Translations under genes and position numbers: made by a program | Assembly: GCA_965660445.1 (NCBI GenBank) | Contig: CBFIAK010000001.1 | Coordinates: 736,001-800,000 of the forward strand | DNA from: Patescibacteria group bacterium | GTDB taxonomy: Bacteria > Patescibacteriota > Gracilibacteria > UBA4473 | DNA length: 64,000 bases | Direction: 5' to 3' | Shown here: piece by piece, positions 9,779 to 19,159 of the stretch | Numbering within the stretch: position 1 is the first letter of the stretch | Layout: every line of letters starts with the position of its first letter | The notes under the pieces: model-generated | Databases searched by the model: none | What the model saw: the letters and a program-made list of their open reading frames with translations, nothing else | What the model was told of the DNA's origin: nothing

Positions 9779-11338
9779 ATGGATACCCATATACGTTTAC
9801 AGTTCTTAGGTGGTGTGTCAGATGGATCAAATCTTACAGGATCAGCAACAGTACTCACAATACGAAGAAAAAAACAAATAACTCGTATTTTGATTGATGC
9901 TGGTTTGGTTCAATGTGATATGCGTCATTTTTTTGAGCGCAACAACCAAATTTTAAATCATATTGATCCAAAAACAATTGATCATGTGGTATTAACCCAT
10001 GGACATACTGATCATATTGGCAGACTTCCACATTTAGTACGACATGGATTTGGAAGTCGATCTCGTTCATCTCGTATCTTCTGCACCCCGCAAACGGCAA
10101 GTTTACTTGAAGTTATGTTTGAAGACAGTGCAAAGATTCAATCAGAGATGGTTAATATTTTGCGAAAAATCAGTAATTCAAACACAAAGCTTCTCAAAAA
10201 CAGAGACCGATCTCAGTGTTATTTAGGGTCGTATGATCGTAAAAAACAAAAGATCAAACACAATACAAAAAGAGGGGTAGAACCTCTTTTTAGCACAGAA
10301 GATATTCCGAAAACATTAGAAATGGTGAAAGGAGAAGGATGTGCTTACAATGAGTGGATAAAAATATCGAAATATATTTTCGTAAAATTTTATCCAGCAG
10401 GACACGTTTTGGGAAGTGCTGTTTGTGTTTTTCGAATTGAAAGTGAATTTGATACAAAATACATTGGATTTAGTGGAGACTTAGGAAGAAAAGATGGAAT
10501 AATTCTTCCTCCTCCTGAAAACATAAAAGAACCTCTTGATTTTCTGTGTATTGAATCCACTTATGGAAACAAAAGTCACCCAGAGAGAGATTCTGAAATT
10601 CAGAAACTCTTACAGGTTGTCAAAACAGCACAAGAAAAGAAAGAGAAAATACTTATTCCTTCTTTTGCATTAGAACGAGCACAAGAAATTATATACTTGT
10701 TATCGTATTACATACAAGAAGGAAAAATTGATCCAATAAACATATATTTAGATTCCCCCATGGCACAAAAAATCACTGATATTTTTGCTCATGCGTGGAA
10801 CAAAAAAATGTTTCTCGATCAAGACCGATTAGAATTCAATCCTTTTGATAGAGAAAATAATCCATATTTTCATATCATAAGCGATTGGGAAGAATCAAGA
10901 ACATTCATACACACAGAAAAAGGACCATACATTGTTATTGCTGGATCTGGTATGTGTGATCATGGACGCATTCGTTCACACTTAAAACACAACCTTGAAT
11001 CAAATAAGGCTCATATTTGTCTAATCGGCTACATGGGAGATAAAACTCTTGGTAGACGACTCAAAGACAAATGGCCTGTGATTAAGATGAATGGACAAGA
11101 AATAAAAGTAAATGCTCATATTCATAGCTTCGAAAGCTTTTCTGCTCACGCAGATAAAGATTTTCTTCTTGAATATATTATTGCATCTACATGTGATGAA
11201 AAAACTCCGAAAATATTCATCAATCATGGAGAAAGAGAAGGAGCAGAAGAACTTAAAAAACAGATACTTCGATTCTTTGATTTTCATTATGATGATATAA
11301 CGATTCCTTCTTTAAATGAAGAATTCATTTTAGCTTAG
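9779..11338 (+). CDS. MBL-fold beta-CASP ribonuclease (YSH1/RNA-processing family)
   Basis: THGHTDHIG, AGHVLGS, SGDLG, ESTYG, AGSGMC, FSAHAD, NHGE; AAGGAG RBS. Confidence 0.92.
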   Translation: MDTHIRLQFLGGVSDGSNLTGSATVLTIRRKKQITRILIDAGLVQCDMRHFFERNNQILNHIDPKTIDHVVLTHGHTDHIGRLPHLVRHGFGSRSRSSRIFCTPQTASLLEVMFEDSAKIQSEMVNILRKISNSNTKLLKNRDRSQCYLGSYDRKKQKIKHNTKRGVEPLFSTEDIPKTLEMVKGEGCAYNEWIKISKYIFVKFYPAGHVLGSAVCVFRIESEFDTKYIGFSGDLGRKDGIILPPPENIKEPLDFLCIESTYGNKSHPERDSEIQKLLQVVKTAQEKKEKILIPSFALERAQEIIYLLSYYIQEGKIDPINIYLDSPMAQKITDIFAHAWNKKMFLDQDRLEFNPFDRENNPYFHIISDWEESRTFIHTEKGPYIVIAGSGMCDHGRIRSHLKHNLESNKAHICLIGYMGDKTLGRRLKDKWPVIKMNGQEIKVNAHIHSFESFSAHADKDFLLEYIIASTCDEKTPKIFINHGEREGAEELKKQILRFFDFHYDDITIPSLNEEFILA

Positions 11339-11348
11339 GAAAAATAAT

Positions 11349-11382
11349 AAAAGACGTTCCGATAAATCGGGACGTCTTTTTT
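11349..11382 (+). terminator. Intrinsic terminator / palindromic repeat copy 1
   Basis: AAAGACGTTCCGAT-AA-ATCGGGACGTCTTT plus T-run. Confidence 0.8.
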
Positions 11383-11441
11383 CTTGATTTTAATAAATAA
11401 TAAAATAAAATAAATAAAAAAACAAATAAGGAGAATATAAG

Positions 11442-12104
11442 TTGGCAGCTCTTTTTAGTACGAAAACTACACGGTATTATTTAGAAATAATAACCGTTAT
11501 AGCATTTAGCTATATTGTTATACATATGAGTGGGCATGGTGTTATGATGTTAAGTGAAGACCATTCACATCATATTTCTCATAATCATGAACATCATGAA
11601 CAAATATCCTTTATCGGGACTATTTTCGAAACGAGTATTGGTATTGGTATAAGTGCTCTTTTTGTCTGGCTATGGCAAGGAACAAAATTAAAAAGTATAA
11701 TCCCTTGTAGAGAAGACAATACACTTATTCGAAACAAAAAATCTCACATAATAGCTATTATTGCGCTTTGTCTCCATTTTATACCGGAATCTGGCGTGCG
11801 ACATGAAGTATTCGATACATATAACCAAAATGAATGGATGCACATTCTTATTCTTATTGGTTTTCTGGCTCATATAGGAATTGATATAATCATTGCATTG
11901 CATTTATCTTCCTATTGGGGTAAAAAACATGAACGCATGCTTTCTTTTGTAGGAATATGTATTGCATGGGTTCTAAGTATTGCATTCTACGAATATGTTG
12001 ATATATCAGTATCACAAATACATGAAGGGGTCTTATTATTATTTGGTGGGTTTATATTAAGTATGTTTATTCACATGCCTCATAGAAATCCCGTCCAGAT
12101 ATAA
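11442..12104 (+). CDS. His-rich multi-TM membrane protein, possibly ZIP-like metal transporter
   Basis: AAGGAG RBS with TTG start; HSHHISHNHEHH loop; LHFIPE and AH in TM segments. Confidence 0.55.
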   Translation: MAALFSTKTTRYYLEIITVIAFSYIVIHMSGHGVMMLSEDHSHHISHNHEHHEQISFIGTIFETSIGIGISALFVWLWQGTKLKSIIPCREDNTLIRNKKSHIIAIIALCLHFIPESGVRHEVFDTYNQNEWMHILILIGFLAHIGIDIIIALHLSSYWGKKHERMLSFVGICIAWVLSIAFYEYVDISVSQIHEGVLLLFGGFILSMFIHMPHRNPVQI

Positions 12105-12111
12105 TTATCTC

Positions 12112-12142
12112 AAGCGTCCCGATATATCGGGACGCTTTTTTT
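12112..12142. terminator. Intrinsic terminator / palindromic repeat copy 2
   Basis: AAGCGTCCCGAT-AT-ATCGGGACGCTT plus T-run, between convergent genes. Confidence 0.8.
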
Positions 12143-12156
12143 ATAAAAAGAGTATT

Positions 12157-12522
12157 TTATTTAATACGCAGGATTTTCTCTATTTTTCGCCCTTTGGCTA
12201 ACTCATCAACAAGTTTATCTAAATACCGTACTTGTTTCGTTAATGGGTTTTCAATTTCTTCTATACGATACCCACAAATAACCCCAGTAATCAGATGAGC
12301 ATTTCGATTGAGTGTTGCCTGTTGAAAAAATGTTTCAAATGTTTCTTTGTTATTGATAAATTGTTGTATTTGTTTCTCATCAAAGCCAGTCAACCAAGAG
12401 ATAACATGATGAAGTTCTTTTTTGGTTCGACCTTTTTTTTCAATTTTTGTTATATAACACGGATACACTTCCGAAAAAATCATTTTTGCCATACGCTCAT
12501 TGTGTGCTGGTGTTGGTTTCAT
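12157..12522 (-). CDS. DUF2200 family protein
   Basis: KGRTK.EL..VI.WLTG, ITGVICGYRIEEIE, RYLDKLVDELAKG. Confidence 0.88.
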   Translation of the reverse strand: MKPTPAHNERMAKMIFSEVYPCYITKIEKKGRTKKELHHVISWLTGFDEKQIQQFINNKETFETFFQQATLNRNAHLITGVICGYRIEEIENPLTKQVRYLDKLVDELAKGRKIEKILRIK

Positions 12523-12534
12523 ATTATGTCTTTT

Positions 12535-13170
12535 TTAAAAGAGAAACAGAAAACAGTAAAAAATAAGGAACAAAAAAAACAATAGACTGATAATTTTCTT
12601 CGCAAAAATCACATCTTCCTGTTTTAACATTTTTCTTAATGTAAAGACCGATCCAATCATAGCAAAAATCAAAAGACAAACGTAAATAGAAAGTATCTCT
12701 GCATAAGAAAGAGTAAGTCCTCTCATAGTCCCCAGCACAAGTGCGGAAAACCAAGACACCAGAGAAACAGCTCCGCTCAATACTAAGATTACACCTTGAT
12801 GTCGAGAAGAATAATCAAAAAGTTTTCTATGAAAACTTCTTTTTATATATGGAATATGGAGAAAATGAAACACAATTCCATTGATAAGAATAATAGTAAG
12901 AATAGTCATCTTCGCTAAGAACTTGGATGACTCAATAAATTTTTCCGCATCAAGAGCAAACAAACCAATACCCGATATTAAAAGCACGATAAGACCAAAC
13001 CAAACAACCTTGCTTAAGAGATTTAAAAACGAAAACTCAATTTTATCAATATTTTTATCCTCAATACTTTTTAAAAAAATTATATCACTTATAAAAGCAC
13101 CTCCAGCACCAATAACAGCTCCTAGAATATGCACAATGGTAAAAAATTGTTTCAGTATTTCAGTTTCCAT
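12535..13170 (-). CDS. Multi-TM hypothetical membrane protein
   Basis: About six hydrophobic helices; H…G.GG, SG..L, K…NG…H pattern; start could be 13185. Confidence 0.7.
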   Translation of the reverse strand: METEILKQFFTIVHILGAVIGAGGAFISDIIFLKSIEDKNIDKIEFSFLNLLSKVVWFGLIVLLISGIGLFALDAEKFIESSKFLAKMTILTIILINGIVFHFLHIPYIKRSFHRKLFDYSSRHQGVILVLSGAVSLVSWFSALVLGTMRGLTLSYAEILSIYVCLLIFAMIGSVFTLRKMLKQEDVIFAKKIISLLFFLFLIFYCFLFLF

Positions 13171-13321
13171 ACGAACAGTATACAACGTATGTATTGTTTA
13201 TTGAAATTTTAGTGTATTAAGTATAAAACTGACGAGGAAACTTTTTCCTTTGAATTATATAAACGAAATACATACTATGAATTTAAATAGCTTGCCATTC
13301 GTAGCAGAGCACATAACCATT

Positions 13322-13640
13322 AAAAAAACAGATATGAGACATATCCGTTCTTATAAACAAAATTCTAGATTCTGGATTCTAGATTCTCGTTTCTAGAATC
13401 TAGTCCGCTTAAGCGGCTGGTGGGCAGGTGAAAGGATTCGAACCCGCGATCGCTCCTTCGGTGTAACCGAGATGCTCTACAATATCAAAAAAAACAGATA
13501 TGAGACATATCTGTTCTTATAAACAAAATTCTAGATTCTGGATTCTAGATTCTCGTTTCTAGAATCTAGTCCGCTTAAGCGGCTGGTGGGCGATGAGGGA
13601 TTCGAACCCGCGACCTCCTCGGTGTAAACGAGATGCTCTA
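13322..13640. repeat. Tandem duplication, 166-bp period, of the tRNA-Val 3' part plus downstream flank
   Basis: 13322-13425 equals 13488-13591 except one base; unit contains terminator hairpin AACAGATATG-AGA-CATATCTGTT, TTCTRGA heptamers and a CCGCTTAAGCGG palindrome. Confidence 0.9.
13418..13479 (-). pseudogene. Degenerate 3' fragment of tRNA-Val
   Basis: Aligns to 13584-13640 with several indels and substitutions; lacks the 5' end. Confidence 0.8.
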
Positions 13641-13660
13641 GCCAACTGAGCTAATCGCCC
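13584..13660 (-). tRNA. tRNA-Val(TAC)
   Basis: GGGCGAT…ATCGCCC-ACCA; anticodon loop TTTACAC; GTTCGAATC T-arm. Confidence 0.96.
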
Positions 13661-13702
13661 TTATTTTATAAACTCTTATCTTTTGTACGGCAATCGGAGG
13701 AA

Positions 13703-13751
13703 ACCTCCTCGGTGTAAGCGATTTGCTCTGCCCTACTTCAGCTAATCGCTC
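13703..13751 (-). pseudogene. Degenerate 5' fragment of tRNA-Val
   Basis: ACCTCCTCGGTGTAA…GCTCT…GCTAATCGC repeats 13613-13660 at a 90-bp offset. Confidence 0.7.
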
Positions 13752-13805
13752 ATACAAACGTGAAGAAATTATAAACACTTCAACACGAAAATCAAATTAT
13801 TTTTT

Positions 13806-13841
13806 AAAAAAAAGTGGTGGGATTTCCCCCACCACTTTTTT
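13806..13841. terminator. Terminator downstream of rplA
   Basis: A-run AGTGGTGGG-ATTTCC-CCCACCACT T-run. Confidence 0.8.
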
Positions 13842-13849
13842 CTATTTTT

Positions 13850-14533
13850 TTAAAGATCAGGAGAAACTCGAATCCCCACTCCCATTGTAGAATTAATCGT
13901 AATTCCTTTTATATACAACCCTTTTGAAGTTGATGGTTTTGCGTCTTTAATAGTCTGAATCATTGTTCGCAAATTCTCTTCTAATTGAGATTCTTTAAAA
14001 CTGAGTTTTCCAAAAATAGTATGAACAATTCCTGTTTTATCGTTTCGAAACTCTAATCGCCCAGCTTTTAATTCACCAATTGCTTTCTCAATATCAGGGG
14101 TTACCGTTCCTGCCTTTGGATTTGGCATCAACCCTCGCGGACCAAGCACACGAGCAATCTTTGCTAACTCTTTCATCATTTCTGGCGTTGCAACAGCAAC
14201 ATCAAAATCTGTCCATCCTTTCTGAATTTTATCAATCAAGCTTTCAGACCCTGCCTCTATTGCTCCAGCAGATTTTGCGCCTTTTACTTTATCGTCACTA
14301 CAAAAAGCAATAATGTTTACTTTTTTTCCTGTTCCATGTGGTAACTGAATAGTAGACCGAATTTGTTGGTCTGCATGTTTTGGGTTAATCCCTAAGTTAA
14401 AATGAATCTCTGCTGTAGCATCAAACTTTACTGTTGAAGTTTTTTTCATTAAGGCAACAGCTTCTGATACTGAATACAATTTCTCCTTATCAAAGGATTC
14501 ATACGCCGATCTGAGTGATTTCGATTGTTTCAT
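13850..14533 (-). CDS. rplA: 50S ribosomal protein L1
   Basis: KFDAT.E, DQQIRS, LPHGTGK, LGPRGLMPNPKAGTV, STMG. Confidence 0.98.
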   Translation of the reverse strand: MKQSKSLRSAYESFDKEKLYSVSEAVALMKKTSTVKFDATAEIHFNLGINPKHADQQIRSTIQLPHGTGKKVNIIAFCSDDKVKGAKSAGAIEAGSESLIDKIQKGWTDFDVAVATPEMMKELAKIARVLGPRGLMPNPKAGTVTPDIEKAIGELKAGRLEFRNDKTGIVHTIFGKLSFKESQLEENLRTMIQTIKDAKPSTSKGLYIKGITINSTMGVGIRVSPDL

Positions 14534-14549
14534 AAGAAAATAAAATTAA

Positions 14550-14592
14550 GTGGTAATAATGGATCAAAAATTTTTAGTGGCGATCCTCCCAC
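14550..14592 (-). promoter_or_regulatory. Putative L1-binding autoregulatory mRNA element between rplK and rplA
   Basis: mRNA GUGGGAGGAUC…GAUCCAUUAUUACCAC forms the GUGG-GAG/internal loop/ACCAC structure of L1 leaders. Confidence 0.75.
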
Positions 14593-14610
14593 AAGTGGTC
14601 AATCCAAAAA

Positions 14611-15051
14611 CTATACAATTTCTGGTTCTAATCCCATTCGTTTTGCCGTTCCTGCAATAATCTTTACAGCCGCATCCATATCATTTGCGTTTAAGTCTTT
14701 CATTTTGATAGTTGCGACTTCTTCTAATTGTGAACGTGTAATTTTTCCAATCTTATCGGTATTTGGTTTACTTGATCCTTTTGCAATACCAAGCACTTTT
14801 TTAATCAATACTGATGCTGGTGGAGTTTTAAGTTCTAATTCAAAACTTTTGTCTTCAAAAACATAACAAATAACAGGAATAATAAGACCTTCTGCTTTTT
14901 GATCAGCAGTCTTATCATTAAATTCAGAACAAAAAGCTTGAATATTAACTTTGTGTTGTCCTAACACTGGCCCAACTGGCGGTGCAGGAGTAGCAGCTCC
15001 AGCTTTTAACTGGATTTTAAATTTCGATACAAACGGTTTTTTAGGAGGCAT
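14611..15051 (-). CDS. rplK: 50S ribosomal protein L11
   Basis: [30 protein letters not shown]. Confidence 0.98.
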   Translation of the reverse strand: MPPKKPFVSKFKIQLKAGAATPAPPVGPVLGQHKVNIQAFCSEFNDKTADQKAEGLIIPVICYVFEDKSFELELKTPPASVLIKKVLGIAKGSSKPNTDKIGKITRSQLEEVATIKMKDLNANDMDAAVKIIAGTAKRMGLEPEIV

Positions 15052-15079
15052 GATAAAATAAAATTATAAAAATGAAATA

Positions 15080-15628
15080 TTAAATTTTTTTGTTTACTTG
15101 GTTAAAATCAAGTTCTACAGGTGTTTCTCGGTCAAAAATAGAAACCATAACCGTTACTTTTCCTTTTGCATTATTTACTTCTGAAATAACACCTTCGTAA
15201 TTTAAGAAAGGTCCTTCTTTAATAACCACTAAATCCCCTTTCTCCATTTTAATCTCAGTCGTTGGATTTTGAGATCCAATACGTCGTTTAATAACACCAA
15301 ATTCTTCTGGAAGTACTGGTACCGGAATATTCCCCGACCCTACAAACCCTGTTACGTTTGGAGTGTTTCGCACCACAAACCATGAAGCGTCTGTTACAAT
15401 CATATTCACAAGCACATACCCCGGAAACAAGTTTTTTTCAACTGTTTGTTGTTTCCCATTTCGGTACACAACAACTTTTTCTTTTGGAACAATAACTTCA
15501 AAAATGTATTCCTGCATACTCATCGATTCAATTCGTTGTTCTAACGCACGTGAAACAGCGTCTTCATACCCAGAATAGGTGTGAATAACATACCATTGCC
15601 GCCCAAGCGAAGAATCTTGTTTTACCAT
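15080..15628 (-). CDS. nusG: Transcription termination/antitermination factor NusG
   Basis: WYVIHTYSGYE, FPGYVLV, TPNVTGFVG, KOW, FDRETPVEL. Confidence 0.97.
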   Translation of the reverse strand: MVKQDSSLGRQWYVIHTYSGYEDAVSRALEQRIESMSMQEYIFEVIVPKEKVVVYRNGKQQTVEKNLFPGYVLVNMIVTDASWFVVRNTPNVTGFVGSGNIPVPVLPEEFGVIKRRIGSQNPTTEIKMEKGDLVVIKEGPFLNYEGVISEVNNAKGKVTVMVSIFDRETPVELDFNQVNKKI

Positions 15629-15642
15629 AGTTGTCTCGAAAA

Positions 15643-15816
15643 TTAAAGAAAAGAAAGAAAAGTTGTTCCTAACACGTTATCAAGAACACTCAAAAACACA
15701 CCAACAATAAACATAATGGTCACAACTGTTACCATAGAATGAACCGCTTGGTTCTTTGTTGGCCAAGTGACATTATGAAGTTCCGCAATATGTTTTTTTA
15801 GAAAATTATTCATCAT
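15643..15816 (-). CDS. secE: Preprotein translocase subunit SecE
   Basis: ELHNVTWPT motif plus one TM; upstream of nusG; ATG 15816 preferred. Confidence 0.92.
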   Translation of the reverse strand: MMNNFLKKHIAELHNVTWPTKNQAVHSMVTVVTIMFIVGVFLSVLDNVLGTTFLSFL

Positions 15817-15893
15817 GGTCGCAAAAATTGTCCGCTTGATTGTGACTTCTTTTTTTGTTTTGTCAACATTTTTTTGTCTCCAATTCGCAATTT

Positions 15894-16376
15894 TTAAGTC
15901 CTCTGATTGAAGTATTGCCACATCAAAAACCCACCTTCTGTAATACCGGCAATAATTAGAGCACTAAAACAAAGCCCTATACTGATAAGAAGAATGCTTT
16001 TTTTCTTTGATACTCCAAACAAATACGATACCAATACCCCACTCCACACTCCACTACCCGGTAAAGGAATAGCGACAAACGTAATCAACATTATATCGCC
16101 TAAAAGTATCATTTTTTGTGAATGTTTGCGGCGAGTTCTCTCTAAAAACCATTCCAGTATTTGGTGTAAAAAATAAATATGACGTTGTGTGTAATAGACC
16201 AAAACTGGAAGTCCGTACACTAAAGCCCATGTAAGAAGAATACCAGCCACAACAGAAACCACTACCGATTGCCAAAGCTCAAGTCCATACTCAAGATACC
16301 CCATCGGAATCGATGCTCGTATTTCCACTAAAGGCAATATTGCCCAAAAAGCTGTTTTTAAAATTGATGGAATCAT
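15894..16376 (-). CDS. COG2426 / small multi-drug export family membrane protein
   Basis: LP.VE.RASIP, FVAIPLPGSGVWSG. Confidence 0.85.
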   Translation of the reverse strand: MIPSILKTAFWAILPLVEIRASIPMGYLEYGLELWQSVVVSVVAGILLTWALVYGLPVLVYYTQRHIYFLHQILEWFLERTRRKHSQKMILLGDIMLITFVAIPLPGSGVWSGVLVSYLFGVSKKKSILLISIGLCFSALIIAGITEGGFLMWQYFNQRT

Positions 16377-17389
16377 ACAGAAGAAAATGAATAAGTAATC
16401 GTTTCACTCGCATTATGAATACGAGAATCGTTTAGGGTTTTTTGTAATTGATCATCATGTAGCACTGACTCTACAATATCAGGAAATCTCATACAAGTCT
16501 CTTTATTTTGTGGTGCGATAACACACAACCCTTTTTTTTCAAAAAACTGAGCATTGTGCATCTGGTGGTTTCGTGCCACCGATGGCAATGGAATAATAAT
16601 ACTTTTTTTCTGTGCGGAAACAATTTCAAACAAAGAGTTTGCCCCAGCCCGAGCCACAACTATATCACACGATCTTAAAAAAGAAGAAAGATCATCAACA
16701 CTTAAAAACTCATACTGTCTTAAATAATCGTGCTGAATATCTATCTTTTTTCCAAGTCCGGTTACGAGCACCACTTCATATTTCGCACATAATCGATCAA
16801 TATGGTCTAAAACAAGAGTATTTATAAACACAGACCCTTGAGACCCTCCAAATACAAAGAGTTTTGGTCGTTTTGTTTTCCAATCCCCTTTCTTATGTTG
16901 TAATGGTTCATAAAAAAGAGGTGATGGTGATTTCTCATCAAAACTTTCAAACACTCGATCCGCATGCCGACGAATAAATTTCGTCATTTCTCCAGCGGAT
17001 ATATCCGATTCATGAGCAAACACTTTCCCTTTATATCGTGGGTACAACCAAAACCCAGCGATAAGAAAAGGAAACCCCACAAAACCTCCTTTAAAAAACA
17101 AAATATCCGGTTTCAACGTTCGCAAAAGAGTTCGAGCACTCCATATAGACTGAATAATAAGAAAAATATCGACTATATTTCTCCATGATATATACCGACG
17201 CATCTTTCCTGTGCTTAAGAAATATACAGGAATGTCTTGAAAATTTTCTTGCACAATAGTTCTATCTAAAGCAGCATCATGCACTACCAATGAAACAGAA
17301 ATACCTTTTTTCTGACAAGCGGAAACGAGCGGACGCAAAGGCAATATATGTCCCCCCGTTCCCCCACCGATGAGTAGTGCTTTTTTCAT
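16373..17389 (-). CDS. murG: MurG glycosyltransferase
   Basis: GGGTGGH, GK.RRY, KGGFV, HESD, GGSQG, RAGA, HQ..NA. Confidence 0.93.
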   Translation of the reverse strand: MKKALLIGGGTGGHILPLRPLVSACQKKGISVSLVVHDAALDRTIVQENFQDIPVYFLSTGKMRRYISWRNIVDIFLIIQSIWSARTLLRTLKPDILFFKGGFVGFPFLIAGFWLYPRYKGKVFAHESDISAGEMTKFIRRHADRVFESFDEKSPSPLFYEPLQHKKGDWKTKRPKLFVFGGSQGSVFINTLVLDHIDRLCAKYEVVLVTGLGKKIDIQHDYLRQYEFLSVDDLSSFLRSCDIVVARAGANSLFEIVSAQKKSIIIPLPSVARNHQMHNAQFFEKKGLCVIAPQNKETCMRFPDIVESVLHDDQLQKTLNDSRIHNASETITYSFSSV

Positions 17390-17397
17390 ATCTGTGT

Positions 17398-18510
17398 CTA
17401 AAGAATATATCGTCTCTTTGGTTTTTGGTTTACTCGAGAAGAAATATTCAAGAGTAATCCTAAAGATGCTAAAGTAACAACCAGTGATGTTCCTCCATAC
17501 GACAATAAAGGCAACGTAATTCCTGTATTAGGCAATAACGCCATATTCACTCCAATATTAATAAAAGCTTGTCCCGTAAACCATGTTGTTATTCCAACAG
17601 CTAAAAATTGAGTAAACTTATCCGATGCCGATTGAGCTATTGAGTATCCTTTAAACGCAATAAATAAGTAAACCCCCAATAAAATAAGAACTCTAAAAAA
17701 CCCCATTTCTTCTGATATTGCTGAAAATATCGTATCCGATTGCACTTCTGGCAAGTAATCATATTTCTGAATTGAGTTTTGAAACCCTCGTCCAAAAACA
17801 CCACCCGATCCAATAGCAATAAGAGCTTGTTTGATCTGAAACCCTGTATTGAGAGGATCTAAATCCGGGTTTAGGTATACGCGAACACGGTGCAAAATAT
17901 AATCGTTTGTAAACACAACAACAAGAGCTGACATCATCATAAAAAGAGCTCCAAAAAGAACATGTTTTATGTTGGCTCCAGCAACAAGATAAATAGAAGT
18001 CACTGATATCACAAGAACCAATAATGATCCAAAATCTGATTGAATAGTTAAGAGAATTGCTGGAATTCCAAGCGCTACAGCAAACGGAATAAGTCCGTTT
18101 TCAAAACTATAAGCGTTTATTTTTTCACTCGAAAATAATGCCGCGACAAAAGCCACCATCGCCAGCTTCACAAGCTCTACTGGTTGAAACGAAATTGGTC
18201 CTAAACGAAGCCACAGCGTCGCCGTTGTTCCATAACTCTCACCCGAAAGAAGTGTTGCGAGAATAAGCACAATACCAATAATGTAAAAAATATGAGACCA
18301 TTGACGAATCTTTTCAAGAGAAAATCGTGTCATAACGAGCAAAGCTCCAATTCCAATAACCATATATGAAAAATGTTTCCAGAAATAGAAATCGTTTTCT
18401 CCTGTTACATTAAAACTTCCCGCAATAGAAATCGAACTCATCATCACGAGTCCAAAAAACGTGAGAAGAGTTACTGCAATCAAGAGTCCTTTATCAAAGC
18501 GTTCGAACAT
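17398..18510 (-). CDS. ftsW: SEDS peptidoglycan polymerase FtsW
   Basis: FQPVE..K, GFQ…AIGSGG..G.G, LPEVQSD.IF, P.TGITLP..SYGGTS; next to murG. Confidence 0.92.
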   Translation of the reverse strand: MFERFDKGLLIAVTLLTFFGLVMMSSISIAGSFNVTGENDFYFWKHFSYMVIGIGALLVMTRFSLEKIRQWSHIFYIIGIVLILATLLSGESYGTTATLWLRLGPISFQPVELVKLAMVAFVAALFSSEKINAYSFENGLIPFAVALGIPAILLTIQSDFGSLLVLVISVTSIYLVAGANIKHVLFGALFMMMSALVVVFTNDYILHRVRVYLNPDLDPLNTGFQIKQALIAIGSGGVFGRGFQNSIQKYDYLPEVQSDTIFSAISEEMGFFRVLILLGVYLFIAFKGYSIAQSASDKFTQFLAVGITTWFTGQAFINIGVNMALLPNTGITLPLLSYGGTSLVVTLASLGLLLNISSRVNQKPKRRYIL

Positions 18511-18559
18511 GCGACTTTACTCTACCCAATTTTTCAAAAATGAAAAGAAAATAAAGAGG

Positions 18560-19159
18560 TTACATATTTGTTTTCTTCTGTGATATCCACGAACGAAGAA
18601 TAACAATACTGGTATGAAGAAAAGAATACACAAAAATAGCCAGTATAATATATTTCCAGTAAGGTCCCATCCAAAACCAAAACACATCCCCCCAAAAAGA
18701 AGCCACAACGGTAACCATTGCAACCATTATAATCACCCCCATTATATTAAAAAAACTAAAAAGACGCCCATTCATGTGTAGTGAACCCGCAATAAAAGCC
18801 CCAAAAGGACGAAAAGTAGGCACTAAGGAAGTAAGGAATATTGTTTTTGAACCATACCGATGCATAAACGTTTTACATTGTTCAACTCGTTTATGAGAAA
18901 GAAAAAACTTATAGCCATGATCCACTAACCACCGTGCACCATTACGATGTCCAAACTCAAACAAAATACGGTTTGAAAGAGGCGGAATCACAACCGCTAT
19001 TAAAACAATCTGCCATACAGGAAACGCATGAGTACTCTGGGCATACAAAATAGACGTAAAAAGTATGGTTATAGTCGGGAAAAAGAACCCCAAATCGTCT
19101 AAAAAAAAGACAACACAAAGCACATATAAACCATAGGAGTGAAGCAAATCTTGAATCAT
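18560..19159 (-). CDS. DedA family membrane protein
   Basis: G.FFP, F..YG, P.FR…F.AG..M…F..FN. Confidence 0.85.
   Translation of the reverse strand: MIQDLLHSYGLYVLCVVFFLDDLGFFFPTITILFTSILYAQSTHAFPVWQIVLIAVVIPPLSNRILFEFGHRNGARWLVDHGYKFFLSHKRVEQCKTFMHRYGSKTIFLTSLVPTFRPFGAFIAGSLHMNGRLFSFFNIMGVIIMVAMVTVVASFWGDVFWFWMGPYWKYIILAIFVYSFLHTSIVILRSWISQKKTNM

Noticed and set aside
13322-13660. CRISPR array
   Set aside because: Only two long units with no unique spacers, and no cas genes
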